DNA of 64,000 bases, taken from NCBI GenBank assembly GCA_002788855.1, contig PFSB01000017.1:35739-99738 (forward strand), written 5' to 3'. Positions 18,801 to 28,500 of this stretch are shown here, one piece after another. Under the pieces are notes generated by a model, which saw only the letters and a program-made list of their open reading frames with translations, did no database searches and was not told the DNA's origin. The first letter of the stretch is position 1; the number at the start of each line of letters is the position of its first letter. Source of the stretch: Candidatus Roizmanbacteria bacterium CG_4_9_14_0_2_um_filter_38_17. Lineage in GTDB: Bacteria > Patescibacteriota > Microgenomatia > GCA-00278855. The position numbers and the translations under genes were made by a program.

Positions 18801-19664
18801 ATGGATACTAGTTTAGCATCAATTAAAGATCAGTTTATACAGTTCTTAGATGATAAGGGTCGCGCTGTGGCAACTGTCCTTGCATATGGTAAGGATGTTG
18901 ATCAATTAACCCAATATTTAATCAAAAGCGGGCGCAAGAACATTAATGAGGTGACAGAAGCTGATCTGCAAGCTTTTTTAAAAACGCTTCAGGATAATAG
19001 CTATACTCAGAAATCCGTATCCAGAAAAATTAACTCGATCAAGACGCTCTATAGGTTTTTAGTTGGTGAGGGTATTTTGCAGCAAAATGTCGCAGCGAAT
19101 ATTAAGCACCCACACATCGAGCACAAAGAGCCTCGTGTATTATCTAAGATGGAATACCGCGCTCTTCGTGATGCTTCTCGTGAAGATGAGCGTATTTCAG
19201 CAATTATTGAGCTATTTTTACAAACTGGAGTAAGAATTGGTGAGCTTGCCCAGATTAGATTGGAAGACGTTACCAGTAATGAATTAGTTGTGCGTAATGC
19301 TAGAGATAAAATAGATCGCAAGGTTCCAGTTAATTTGTCTTCAAGTGACTCTCTTAAAAGATACATGGGTGTGCGTCCTCAGTCTGAAAGTGAGCGCTTA
19401 TTTATTACTAAAACAGGCAGACCCTTGCTCGTTCGCAATATTCGTACAGCAATTGATCGCTACTTCAAAGAGGCTGGGATTAAAGAATGCACCGTAAATG
19501 ACCTGCGTAATACTTTTATTGCTCATCAGTTGGCAAATAATGCACCTTTGGAGTATGTATCTGCGATCGTTGGGCATAAAAGAGTATCTACGACTGAAAA
19601 ATATTTAGATCTGGTTGATCTTGGGGATGCTAAATCTAAAGATCCGAAGCTTCAAGAACTTTAA
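18801..19664 (+). CDS. XerC/XerD-like tyrosine recombinase
   Basis: SAM-like N-domain, TGVRIGEL, NDLRNTF, VGH, TTEKY. Confidence 0.9.
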   Translation: MDTSLASIKDQFIQFLDDKGRAVATVLAYGKDVDQLTQYLIKSGRKNINEVTEADLQAFLKTLQDNSYTQKSVSRKINSIKTLYRFLVGEGILQQNVAANIKHPHIEHKEPRVLSKMEYRALRDASREDERISAIIELFLQTGVRIGELAQIRLEDVTSNELVVRNARDKIDRKVPVNLSSSDSLKRYMGVRPQSESERLFITKTGRPLLVRNIRTAIDRYFKEAGIKECTVNDLRNTFIAHQLANNAPLEYVSAIVGHKRVSTTEKYLDLVDLGDAKSKDPKLQEL

Positions 19665-19717
19665 CCTTCGTCTCTTTGATTATCTTTCCTGCTTGGCGTG
19701 ATAAAATTAGCTTTCGG

Positions 19718-19789
19718 GCGCCTGTAGCTCAATGGCAGAGCACTGATCTTATAAGTCAGGGGTTCTTGGTTCGAATCCAAGCAGGCGCA
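19718..19789 (+). tRNA. tRNA-Ile(TAT)
   Basis: GCGCCTG/CAGGCGC acceptor, anticodon arm CTGAT-CTTATAA-GTCAG, GGTTCGAATCC. Confidence 0.88.
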
Positions 19790-19792
19790 CCC

Positions 19793-19868
19793 GGGCCTGT
19801 AGCTCAACTGGCAGAGCGCTTCAATGGCATTGAAGAGGTTGTGAGTTCGACCCTCATCAGGTCCACCA
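19793..19868 (+). tRNA. tRNA-Ala(GGC)
   Basis: G3:U70 pair, CTTCA-ATGGCAT-TGAAG, encoded CCA. Confidence 0.95.
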
Positions 19869-19870
19869 CG

Positions 19871-22234
19871 TTACAGCTGGGCACGCTGGTTTATTTCCGC
19901 TTCCACAACTTCATGGGCTCGCCCATATTTTAGGCGAGAGAGCTTCTTGATAGCTTCGGCAATTTTAAGATTAGACATTCTTTTCTCTGCTTCCAGATCG
20001 CGAGTTAAATCAACAGAGAATGGTGGGACTGGTTCGTTGTTAACTTGAGTTCTCATGTATGCATGAAATCTCTCAATATTGATCAGGTCTGATTCATTAA
20101 AAGTTGGCTGGAATTCGTGTTGAAGGTAATTAGCATCCGTAACTCCCACACGAAAAGCCACAAGTGTTCCTACGTTACCAAAGACAGCATTTTTAACTTC
20201 CTCTTCCATTTGACCAATAAATTGATTAGCCACACACAAATTTAACTTAAATTTACGAGCCTCTGATAAGATTTGTGAGAAATCTGGTGTGGCAAAATTT
20301 TGGAACTCATCAACATAAAGATAAAAATCTTTTCGCAATTCACGAGGCGTATCTACCCTACTCATAGCCGCAACTAGGATTTTTGGCACAATCACCAAAC
20401 CCAAAAACTGAGAATTTTCCTCTCCCAATGCTCCTTTGGATAGGTTGATAAGAAGAATTTTACCTTCATCCATTACTTTGCGAAAATCAAATGCTGACTT
20501 AGATTGACCAATAATATTACGCATGGTTTTATTAGTGACGAAACGACCAAACTTAGATACGATGTAGTCTAGTACTTCAGATTTATGAAAATCACTAGTC
20601 TGGGCAATTTGATCAGTCCAGTAGCGCCTAACAACTGGGTCTTGAACTTTTGGAAGCAATTGTTGAACATATTTAGCATCAGTTAGGACGCGAACTATTT
20701 CCACAAATGTCGCCCCTTCATCACTCATAACTGTCAACATTGCATTCCTGACTGCATGTTCAAAGCGTGGTCCAATAATACCCGTCTTCATGGGATCATA
20801 AAGTTTATACATCAACCCAATGATTGAGTTAGCAATAAAATGCTTTTGCTCTTCGGTTTTAGCTTCCAAGAGATTCATACCCATGGGACGGTCTGTATCT
20901 GATGGGTCAAAATGAATAACGTCTTCAGCTCGCTCAGGTGGTATCATCGGCAGCAAATCCTCAATAAGATCTCCATGTGGATCCATTACGCAGATCCCCT
21001 TGCCAGCGCGAATGTCTTGAATTGCCATGCTTTTTAGTTGCTCAGACTTGCCTACGCCGGTTTTTCCGATGATATACATGTGACGTGCACGATCTTCATC
21101 ATTAAGATAAACAGGGCGGGTCATGCCACGATAGACACTCTTACCAATATACATTCCAGTTTTGGCCATATTAGCTGGTGCTGGTGCACGCTTGGCGTTT
21201 AACCAATAAATGCCTGGAGTTTCAATCGTTTTGTTTGGAAAATGAATAATAGTTGCCAGCTCTTCTGTGGATAAGACGCCGCTACGTTTAAAGCGCTTAA
21301 TACTCAACATAGGTAAATAACGATAAATCACATCCAACATAAACATTCCCTTAAACCGGATTTTGTTAGTAGTGAATTTATTGTGTGTTGAGTTAAATTG
21401 GGAAAAAGATGACTTAATATTGTCCAGGTGCATCTTTGCCAGTGATTTATTGGAAGATGAAACAATAATACGGATTTCTGTCTCAAATCCAGATTTTGAC
21501 ACTTTATTTTCTATTGCTTCAAGTGTTTTAGCCTCCACGTTATACTTGGCCTCTTCTGGATTAGATTCTTTTTTCTTTGTACTAGAGATGTACTCTCTGC
21601 CAGTTTTAGCCCAGTCGTCCTTGGCTGGATAGATCATGTACTGGATCATTGCGCCTTCTCCGGTTCCCATCTTGGCAAGACCTGCCGTTAAAGAAGAAAG
21701 CGGGTCGGTCGGTAAATCTTTATATATTTTAATTGGCTTATGATCTTCCTTTGCTAGTTTTAATGAGGTAAATTCAACGTGGCCTTGTTTAGAGAAAATA
21801 TTAAACTCGCTAACTTCTTTAACTTCTGCTCCAGGATAGGCTCCATGAATATGTTTTTCGACTAAGTCTTTAAGCTCCCGAGGCGTAGATACATAAAATC
21901 GTATATCACCAGCAGTTGCTACGATTTCAAATGTTAGGTGGTCTGGAATCTCCAGCATTTTAAAGATTCCTTCTCCTCCACTACTAATAGTAGACAATGA
22001 TGCAAAGAATTGCTCGGCTGCATCGATCTTTACTTCATTATCGCGAGGAAGCGCAACGTGTAGTAGAGCCATGTCCAATGAGCGATCCTCGCGGTTCCTC
22101 CAGCGCAGGTAAAGAATTAATGCATATGTTACTAAACCAGCTGCTGCAACTAGAAATATAAAGATAGCGGCAATGATTATATAGAGCTCGAGTGAAGATA
22201 TTATGTCTGCTGGTTGGATTGTATTGTTTAGCAT
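19871..22234 (-). CDS. VirB4/TraG-like (DUF87/HerA clan) membrane ATPase
   Basis: N-terminal TM, RHMYIIGKTGVGKS, DPHGDL, LYVDEFQNF, SEARK, ANQFIGQ. Confidence 0.88.
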   Translation of the reverse strand: MLNNTIQPADIISSLELYIIIAAIFIFLVAAAGLVTYALILYLRWRNREDRSLDMALLHVALPRDNEVKIDAAEQFFASLSTISSGGEGIFKMLEIPDHLTFEIVATAGDIRFYVSTPRELKDLVEKHIHGAYPGAEVKEVSEFNIFSKQGHVEFTSLKLAKEDHKPIKIYKDLPTDPLSSLTAGLAKMGTGEGAMIQYMIYPAKDDWAKTGREYISSTKKKESNPEEAKYNVEAKTLEAIENKVSKSGFETEIRIIVSSSNKSLAKMHLDNIKSSFSQFNSTHNKFTTNKIRFKGMFMLDVIYRYLPMLSIKRFKRSGVLSTEELATIIHFPNKTIETPGIYWLNAKRAPAPANMAKTGMYIGKSVYRGMTRPVYLNDEDRARHMYIIGKTGVGKSEQLKSMAIQDIRAGKGICVMDPHGDLIEDLLPMIPPERAEDVIHFDPSDTDRPMGMNLLEAKTEEQKHFIANSIIGLMYKLYDPMKTGIIGPRFEHAVRNAMLTVMSDEGATFVEIVRVLTDAKYVQQLLPKVQDPVVRRYWTDQIAQTSDFHKSEVLDYIVSKFGRFVTNKTMRNIIGQSKSAFDFRKVMDEGKILLINLSKGALGEENSQFLGLVIVPKILVAAMSRVDTPRELRKDFYLYVDEFQNFATPDFSQILSEARKFKLNLCVANQFIGQMEEEVKNAVFGNVGTLVAFRVGVTDANYLQHEFQPTFNESDLINIERFHAYMRTQVNNEPVPPFSVDLTRDLEAEKRMSNLKIAEAIKKLSRLKYGRAHEVVEAEINQRAQL

Positions 22235-22656
22235 TAACTTTTTATTAATCTTCCATGTACTTCTTTAATTGCTATATGAGCTTTTTTAAGCTGGCGTACA
22301 CACCAAATAGACATCCAGCGAACTGATTCCCAGACATGTGCATGTAATCCTTTTACAATTTCATCATCAGTTAATGGTAATTTAACTGTCGTTCCGGTTG
22401 TTTGGTTGACTGGGGTGGTGGGCCCGGTGTGTTGTAAGCCTGCTTTTTCTACGTCTTTGGGTATTTCTGGACGTTGAGAAATCTCTTTGACGTGCTCAGC
22501 AACTTCTTTGGATTTTTTAACTTCACTGTATTCATGTACAGCTTCTTGTAATCCAGTGTCTGAACTTACGGCCATTGGTTCGTGCTCAATACTAGTGTGA
22601 GTAGATGCGCTTGTTACGTCTTGATCATCCTGTGGTTTTTTGTTGGAGTCATCCAT
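22234..22656 (-). CDS. Hypothetical protein, translationally coupled to the ATPase
   Basis: ORF with stop overlapping the next start; C-terminus LPLTDDEI...SVRW. Confidence 0.7.
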   Translation of the reverse strand: MDDSNKKPQDDQDVTSASTHTSIEHEPMAVSSDTGLQEAVHEYSEVKKSKEVAEHVKEISQRPEIPKDVEKAGLQHTGPTTPVNQTTGTTVKLPLTDDEIVKGLHAHVWESVRWMSIWCVRQLKKAHIAIKEVHGRLIKS

Positions 22657-22681
22657 GAAATTATTATAGCAGAGACAGCGC

Positions 22682-23086
22682 TTACGAGATCTGTTTGAAG
22701 TTGAATAGTTTTAAACCTGGAATTTGTTTGAAATGTTTAACATTTCTGGTTGCAACTTCTGCGTTAAGAGATAGAGCTGTTGCGCCTATTACAAGATCGA
22801 CTGTTCCTAGAAATCCAATTCTATTATTTCTACCTATCTCCCCAGCAAGTTTTGCAATATCTTCTGTTAGAACGATTCTCTCAAACGGTTTAAGTAAATC
22901 CTCGGCTTTTTTTAGCACAAAGCTTTCTAAGAACTCATAACCTACAAATAACTCAACTAAAACTACAGTTGGAATATATAATTTATAGTTTTTTTCTGTA
23001 CTTGCTCTTAGTAGAAGTTTAAAATTACTATTGCTCTTTTTAAGATGGTCTATAAATATATCAGTGTCTAATACTATAGATTTCAT
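22682..23086 (-). CDS. vapC: VapC/PIN-domain toxin
   Basis: IVLDTDIFID, VELFVG, DLVIGATAL, TRNVKHF. Confidence 0.9.
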   Translation of the reverse strand: MKSIVLDTDIFIDHLKKSNSNFKLLLRASTEKNYKLYIPTVVLVELFVGYEFLESFVLKKAEDLLKPFERIVLTEDIAKLAGEIGRNNRIGFLGTVDLVIGATALSLNAEVATRNVKHFKQIPGLKLFNFKQIS

Positions 23087-23358
23087 TTTTTTAGCCTGCT
23101 ATTGATTGTTTTAATGTCTGTTTTTCTTAGAGCTTCCCTATTTTTGTCTGCGGGTAAATCCTTCCAAGCTCCATGCATGCTTTCAACAAATTTCATGTAT
23201 TCATCCCAGTCTGTCTCCTTTTTTGGTGGAACTAACACACCGACAGTTTCATCGATTTTTTCATCTACAATTGTTACTGATTCACCACCGTACCTTGCCA
23301 GTCGTAGATACATAGATAGATTTTCTCTAAATTCAGATATTGATACGCTTCTTTTCAT
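23083..23358 (-). CDS. Phd/YefM-like antitoxin
   Basis: VSISEFRENLS N-terminus, coupled to the PIN gene. Confidence 0.8.
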   Translation of the reverse strand: MKRSVSISEFRENLSMYLRLARYGGESVTIVDEKIDETVGVLVPPKKETDWDEYMKFVESMHGAWKDLPADKNREALRKTDIKTINSRLKK

Positions 23359-23460
23359 ACCTTACTTATATTACAATATGTACATATTGTCAAGTTACAA
23401 AGGCGAAGCCTTTCAAGGCGGGCAAACAAGGTCTAAATTGAGCCTTACTTAAGATTGACT

Positions 23461-24882
23461 TTAACAACCAAACTTAAATCCGCATGTGCATTCTTTGGTA
23501 AAATTACTGTTACCTTTTTCACTAGGATAGTATTTGTCACAATCAGGTTTAGGACAATGGTAATGATCGTCTTCCTTGCTTCTTCCGCAGTGACAAGTTG
23601 AGCTATCTTCATTTTCTCCAGTTAAACCAAGTCTGTTCCCTCCTATAGATTTAACTAATGTACTTCCGCCTCCATTGCATCCTGGCATTTGCTGTAGTCT
23701 TTCTAATGCGCCATAGCCTGGATCAGGCAACAGTAATAATGGTAAATAGTCGAGTCTTGGGTCAAGCATTGGGACTGCTGTATGTACTTGAGACTCAACA
23801 CTACTTCTGTATACGCTGTTTAAGTTGAACTCTGAAAGACTTAATACAGTGTGACCTAGTTTACGTGCAACATCCATAATTGATAATCCATTTATGAGTC
23901 GGGTCCTTGCTTCCGCGATGAAATTATCCACGGTTGCACGCTCAATTATCTCAAGATCTAATAATTGAGCCAGTCGGTCCAAATCATGGTGAATTGAAGC
24001 AAAACTAGCTTTCTTTCCAGCAAGAGTACCACCCATTAAGCTTTGAATTCTATCAACCACCTGATGCATTCCATTAACTCCCTCTTTTGGTGGAATCTCG
24101 ATTACAGAACCTACTATCAGTTTTATTTGATCGCGCTGATCTAACCCATTGAACCCTGGCAGATCGCATTCAAATTGCTCTAATAGCTGCCTATTTTGGT
24201 CTAACGTCATATCTGTTTGTACTGTTGCAGCTTTTATTTCACCATTGTCACCAACTTGATATACGTATGTTTGAGTGTCAAGATATGTAATATTTTTTCC
24301 TGATGCTTGTTCCTTAAGATCAGACCAACCCGGTGGACTGGAAATAAAAAAAACTGTTCTTGGTTGAGCTTTTATTAATCGCTCTGAAAGTTCTTTTACG
24401 GAGGCGTGAGCAGCTCCCCCTCTCTCTTTCTGATCAGTGATATCTTCGTAGTGAGCGTCACCATAGTCTGGACAAATTAACCCAACTTTACCATTCTCAT
24501 GTTTTGCTTGGATTTTGATTGGATATACCAGTCTCTCGGATAAGTACTCCAATCTGAATGCAGCAATATCTTCTTTAGTTACAGCTAACCATAGGTTAAC
24601 TACTTCTTCTCTGGAATTCCCCATAAGCGCACCCTTTTCCAGCATGCTTAGTAATTGCTCGGTTTGCCCTGCAACGTTAAATCCCGTTCCCGGCAGTAAC
24701 CACCAATCCCCACGCTCAATTGCTAATTCTAATTCTTGTTTTGATTTATCAATTACAGGTCCAATGACTCGGTAATCTAGGTCGTTATGAGTTTGTGGTT
24801 CTTGATTAAGTTGAAATGGTATTATTACCTCGTGTGGATAGTTAGGTATTATTCCAGATTGTACTTGTAATTCTTTTAACAT
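23461..24882 (-). CDS. Hypothetical protein with Cys/His-rich C-terminus, downstream of the cobalamin riboswitch
   Basis: 473-aa ORF, AGGAG RBS, C-terminal CHC...HYHCPKPDC...CTC...C. Confidence 0.75.
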   Translation of the reverse strand: MLKELQVQSGIIPNYPHEVIIPFQLNQEPQTHNDLDYRVIGPVIDKSKQELELAIERGDWWLLPGTGFNVAGQTEQLLSMLEKGALMGNSREEVVNLWLAVTKEDIAAFRLEYLSERLVYPIKIQAKHENGKVGLICPDYGDAHYEDITDQKERGGAAHASVKELSERLIKAQPRTVFFISSPPGWSDLKEQASGKNITYLDTQTYVYQVGDNGEIKAATVQTDMTLDQNRQLLEQFECDLPGFNGLDQRDQIKLIVGSVIEIPPKEGVNGMHQVVDRIQSLMGGTLAGKKASFASIHHDLDRLAQLLDLEIIERATVDNFIAEARTRLINGLSIMDVARKLGHTVLSLSEFNLNSVYRSSVESQVHTAVPMLDPRLDYLPLLLLPDPGYGALERLQQMPGCNGGGSTLVKSIGGNRLGLTGENEDSSTCHCGRSKEDDHYHCPKPDCDKYYPSEKGNSNFTKECTCGFKFGC

Positions 24883-24903
24883 ATTTTCTCCTGCTCGGGA
24901 TTA

Positions 24904-24979
24904 TGCATAAGTGAGTTCCTGACTTTACAGTTGCGGCACAGTTGCTGACTTTCACAGCATTCCTCTTATTCTTAATGCA
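24904..24979 (-). ncRNA. Cobalamin riboswitch (compact, class II-like)
   Basis: Minus strand TGCATTAAG-AATAAGAGGAA-TGCTGTGAAAGTCAGCA-ACTGTGCCGCAACTGTAA-AGTCAGGAACTCA-CTTATGCA contains the GGAA, GTGAAA, CCGCAACTGT and AGTCAG core with a closing stem. Confidence 0.85.
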
Positions 24980-24984
24980 GTTTA

Positions 24985-25500
24985 TTAAATTTTACTATTC
25001 CAGATTCTCTCTTCTACTCCAGCTTCTTTATTAACTAAGCGGGCAAGGGCATAGAGATAGTCGGACAGACGGTTCATGTATTGTAACAGATTTTTTTGTA
25101 AAATATTAGCAGTAACAAGTCTCCGCTCAGCTCGACGGCAAATTGTTCTGGCAAAATCTAGCTGTGCAGATTTAACTGATCCACCTGGTATATAAAACTG
25201 AGTTTGCTGTGGTAGTTTTTTTTGAATCATATCTATTTCCTTTTCAATCTCACTTACTCTTTTTTCAAGCATCTTATTTCTAGCTTCTTGATACTTTTTC
25301 TCTCCAGCTAGTAGCGCACAAATATGCATTAAGTCTGATTGAATATTATTAAAGGCCTTGCCTTTAATAAAGCCGATTGCGCTGTTTAATTCATCAATCG
25401 TGCCGTAGGCTTCAACTAGTGGATCGTCTTTGGAGATTCTAGTTCCTATACGCAAGGAGGTTTCACCTTTATCCCCTGTCTTTGTGTAAAACTTCAGCAT
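24985..25500 (-). CDS. PduO-type cob(I)alamin adenosyltransferase
   Basis: YTKTGDKGET, YGTIDELNS, ARTICRRAERR, NRLSDYLY. Confidence 0.93.
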   Translation of the reverse strand: MLKFYTKTGDKGETSLRIGTRISKDDPLVEAYGTIDELNSAIGFIKGKAFNNIQSDLMHICALLAGEKKYQEARNKMLEKRVSEIEKEIDMIQKKLPQQTQFYIPGGSVKSAQLDFARTICRRAERRLVTANILQKNLLQYMNRLSDYLYALARLVNKEAGVEERIWNSKI

Positions 25501-28500
25501 TCAGAGTAGCCACAGCTGTAGCACTTTTTACAGCCTTCCTCGTGAGCAAGAGATGCATCCCCACAGTCGGGGCAGATATCTAGATGTGTGGTAGGTTGCA
25601 TCATTAGTTGAGCAGGTAATGTGACTATCTTTTCCTCTTTTACTTCTTTATCTGTATTAAAGCTATTTCCGTTTAATTTTGCGTGTCCGTTGGTCGTTGA
25701 ATTCGTGTGATTCATTATTTTATATGTGCCGTTTGTAGCTGTTACATTAAAATGTGCTCCGAGTACTTTGGCTAAAGCATCTGGCAGGCTTAAAACCTTC
25801 TCTTTGCCAAAACCTGTACTAGATCTTCCACCGATACCACCAAGTTGATACAACACGCTGCGAACGCGTTCTTCCCCGCTAACTGGTGCATTTATTCTGA
25901 ACACGAGTGAAATAAGTCTTCCCATTGCTTCTGCCATTGCGGAAATGTCTGTCCCTCCTTTGCCAATATTTATAAAGACTTCTGATGGTTCCCCTCCTGG
26001 ATCTGTATTGACAGTAATAAAACTTTTACCAACGGGGGTCTGCATTTTATATGTTGCCCCTTGCAATACAAGTGGTCTCCTGGTAATGGTTGGCATATCT
26101 TTTGGTAGCTCTCCATTTGTTTGCTGGCCTGCCACGTTTTCGCCAGATGGCGACTTTACGTGGTCAGTTTCTCGCTCTAACACACCTGGGCGTGACCCTT
26201 CTCTCATAAAGGTTACACCTTTACAACCAAGGTCATAAGCCATAGTATAGAGTTCTTTGACGTCTTCAACCGTAAAGTCTGCTGGGGCATTGACTGTTTT
26301 GGATATGGAGGCGTCAACATATTTCTGAATTGCAGCTTGAACTCGTACATGATTCTGTGGGGTTAAATCTGCCGCAGAGACAAAGTAATCTGGTCGCTCA
26401 TCATCAGGATGATCTTTTCTCCAGGCGTCATACAGTGGGTGAAAAATCTTGTGTTCTCCTAGTCTGTCACGACGAGTGAAGGAGAACTCAAATACTGGTT
26501 CAATTCCAGAAGATACCCCGGCCATTAGCGAAGTAGATCCGGTTGGTGCTTGCATAAGGATAACTGAGTTTCGTACTCCGTGCTTGCTAATCTTTTTTCG
26601 AATTCGCTCAGGAAGTTGCTTAATAAAATATGCATTGAGATATTTGTTGCGTTGAAATTTAGGGAAAGCACCTTTTTCTTTTGCTAGCTCGGCTGACTGA
26701 TCGTATGCAGCGTCACGAATCAGTTTATAAATTTTATCAATTACCTCTAATCCTTTTTCTGATCCATAGCGTATCTTCATTTTTATTAATGCATCTGCCA
26801 AGCCCATGGTGCCTATTCCAATTCGGCGTTCACCTTCAAGTTGAGTCTTTCTGATACCTTCAAATATGTAGACATCCCCATCAATAACATTGTCTTGAAA
26901 ACGCACCGCTACTTTTACGTGGTCTGCTAAAAGATCGTAATCAAAATTACCACTATCGTTTACAAAAGTAGCTAGGTTTAGCGACCCTAAATTACAAACC
27001 CCCCAAGGTGGTAATCCTTCCTCACCACAGTTTGAGATGATCATGCCATTGGCAGAAAATCTATGAATCTTATCTACGGTGATATCAAAGACGTCTTCTT
27101 GGCCATCTGAGACAAGCTCAGTAAACGTAGCGATGAAAGTTTCTGTATATGGACCTCGTTTGCCGTAACTTTCTAGAAGCGTCTCTAGCTTATCTTGTTT
27201 GTATTTGTGTAAGAAATTTATCTCTTTAGCAAAGCGAGTTAGATTGTCTTTGCTGATAACTAGATCGTGATATGCTTGACATTGATTAGGTAAACTATGA
27301 AACAATTGTTTGTATCCACCATGATCGTCTGGGAGAGCTCTTTCCCCAGCTTTTCGCCGGTTAGCATAGATTTTGCTTGCAATACCAAAATTAAGTAGCA
27401 AAAGTTGTGTGTCTTGCAATAATTCGTAACTTATAGATGTTAGCCTAACGCTTATTCCTTTTTTAGATGTGCCTGCCACATGTCCATCGGCAGAAAAGAG
27501 AGCTTGAATAAAGCCTTTTTGCATGGCTTTAGACCCGCTCAATACAGCTACTGGGACCTTGTATTTGTTCTCCGGAGTTAGTCCATACCGACCAGCTAGT
27601 CTCCATAGCCTGGTTGACTCGACAACTGCTTTGTCTTCACTGTCTATGTATTGCGGAGCAATGGGATATGAACGAGCAACCACTTGTTCACCATCAACCA
27701 TTTTGTGAACATAAATAGCAAACTGTGGGGCTAATTCTTGTTTTTCGCTACCGTAAAAATATAAGGTAGCGTTACCATTTTTCTTGAGTGAACCGTCCCC
27801 CACTAACCAGCCCAAAACTCGTCCTTGTTCTAGTGATCCTTGTGTGCCAAATGCTCCGTAGCTTGAAAGTTTAATCTTATCTCCTTGCTGTAGCTTGCCT
27901 GCTTCTACCTTGCCCGTGGTAGTAAACACCTTATGATCTTTTGTTAGCCGTAGTTCGTATCCTTCTTTAGTTTTTAGTCGATAAACAGATTTTGTGCCGG
28001 TCTTAAAGAAACTAGTTGCACGATAGCTTTCACCATCAACTACTGCTTTGACTGGTTCTCCAGATAGATAAAGCTCGCCAACGGTTTTAATTCCGTCTGA
28101 AGTTGTAACTTTGGTATCTGCTGTGACACAAGGATTAACACAGTTAATGCGGTTGAAGTAATAATTATTGTGCCACTTGTTATATCTTTCCATAAATACT
28201 ACTCCGGGCTCAGCAGAGTTCCAAGCGGCTTCACAGATTTGATCCCATAAATCACGAGCGCGAACTGTACTATGGACATTGACTTTTCCTCCTATATCTA
28301 ACCAATCCTGCATATATCCATCCCATTCTTTGTCATATTTGGGGTCGTCGATGTCTGGATAAATAAAATTCCAGTCATCGTCATTTTTCACAGCTTCCAT
28401 AAACTTGTCAGAGACACAAACTGAAAGATTTGCTCCCCGAATACGCGTTAGATCTCTCTTTACATTGATAAATTCCTGTACGTCAGGGTGCCAATCCCAA

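Noticed and set aside
19676-19933. 85-aa ORF
   Set aside because: It is a translation of two tRNA genes.
19871-22234. Conjugative element integrated at tRNA-Ala, suggested by the VirB4-like ATPase and Xer
   Set aside because: No relaxase, no duplicated tRNA end and no other tra genes; such ATPases are typical chromosomal genes in CPR.
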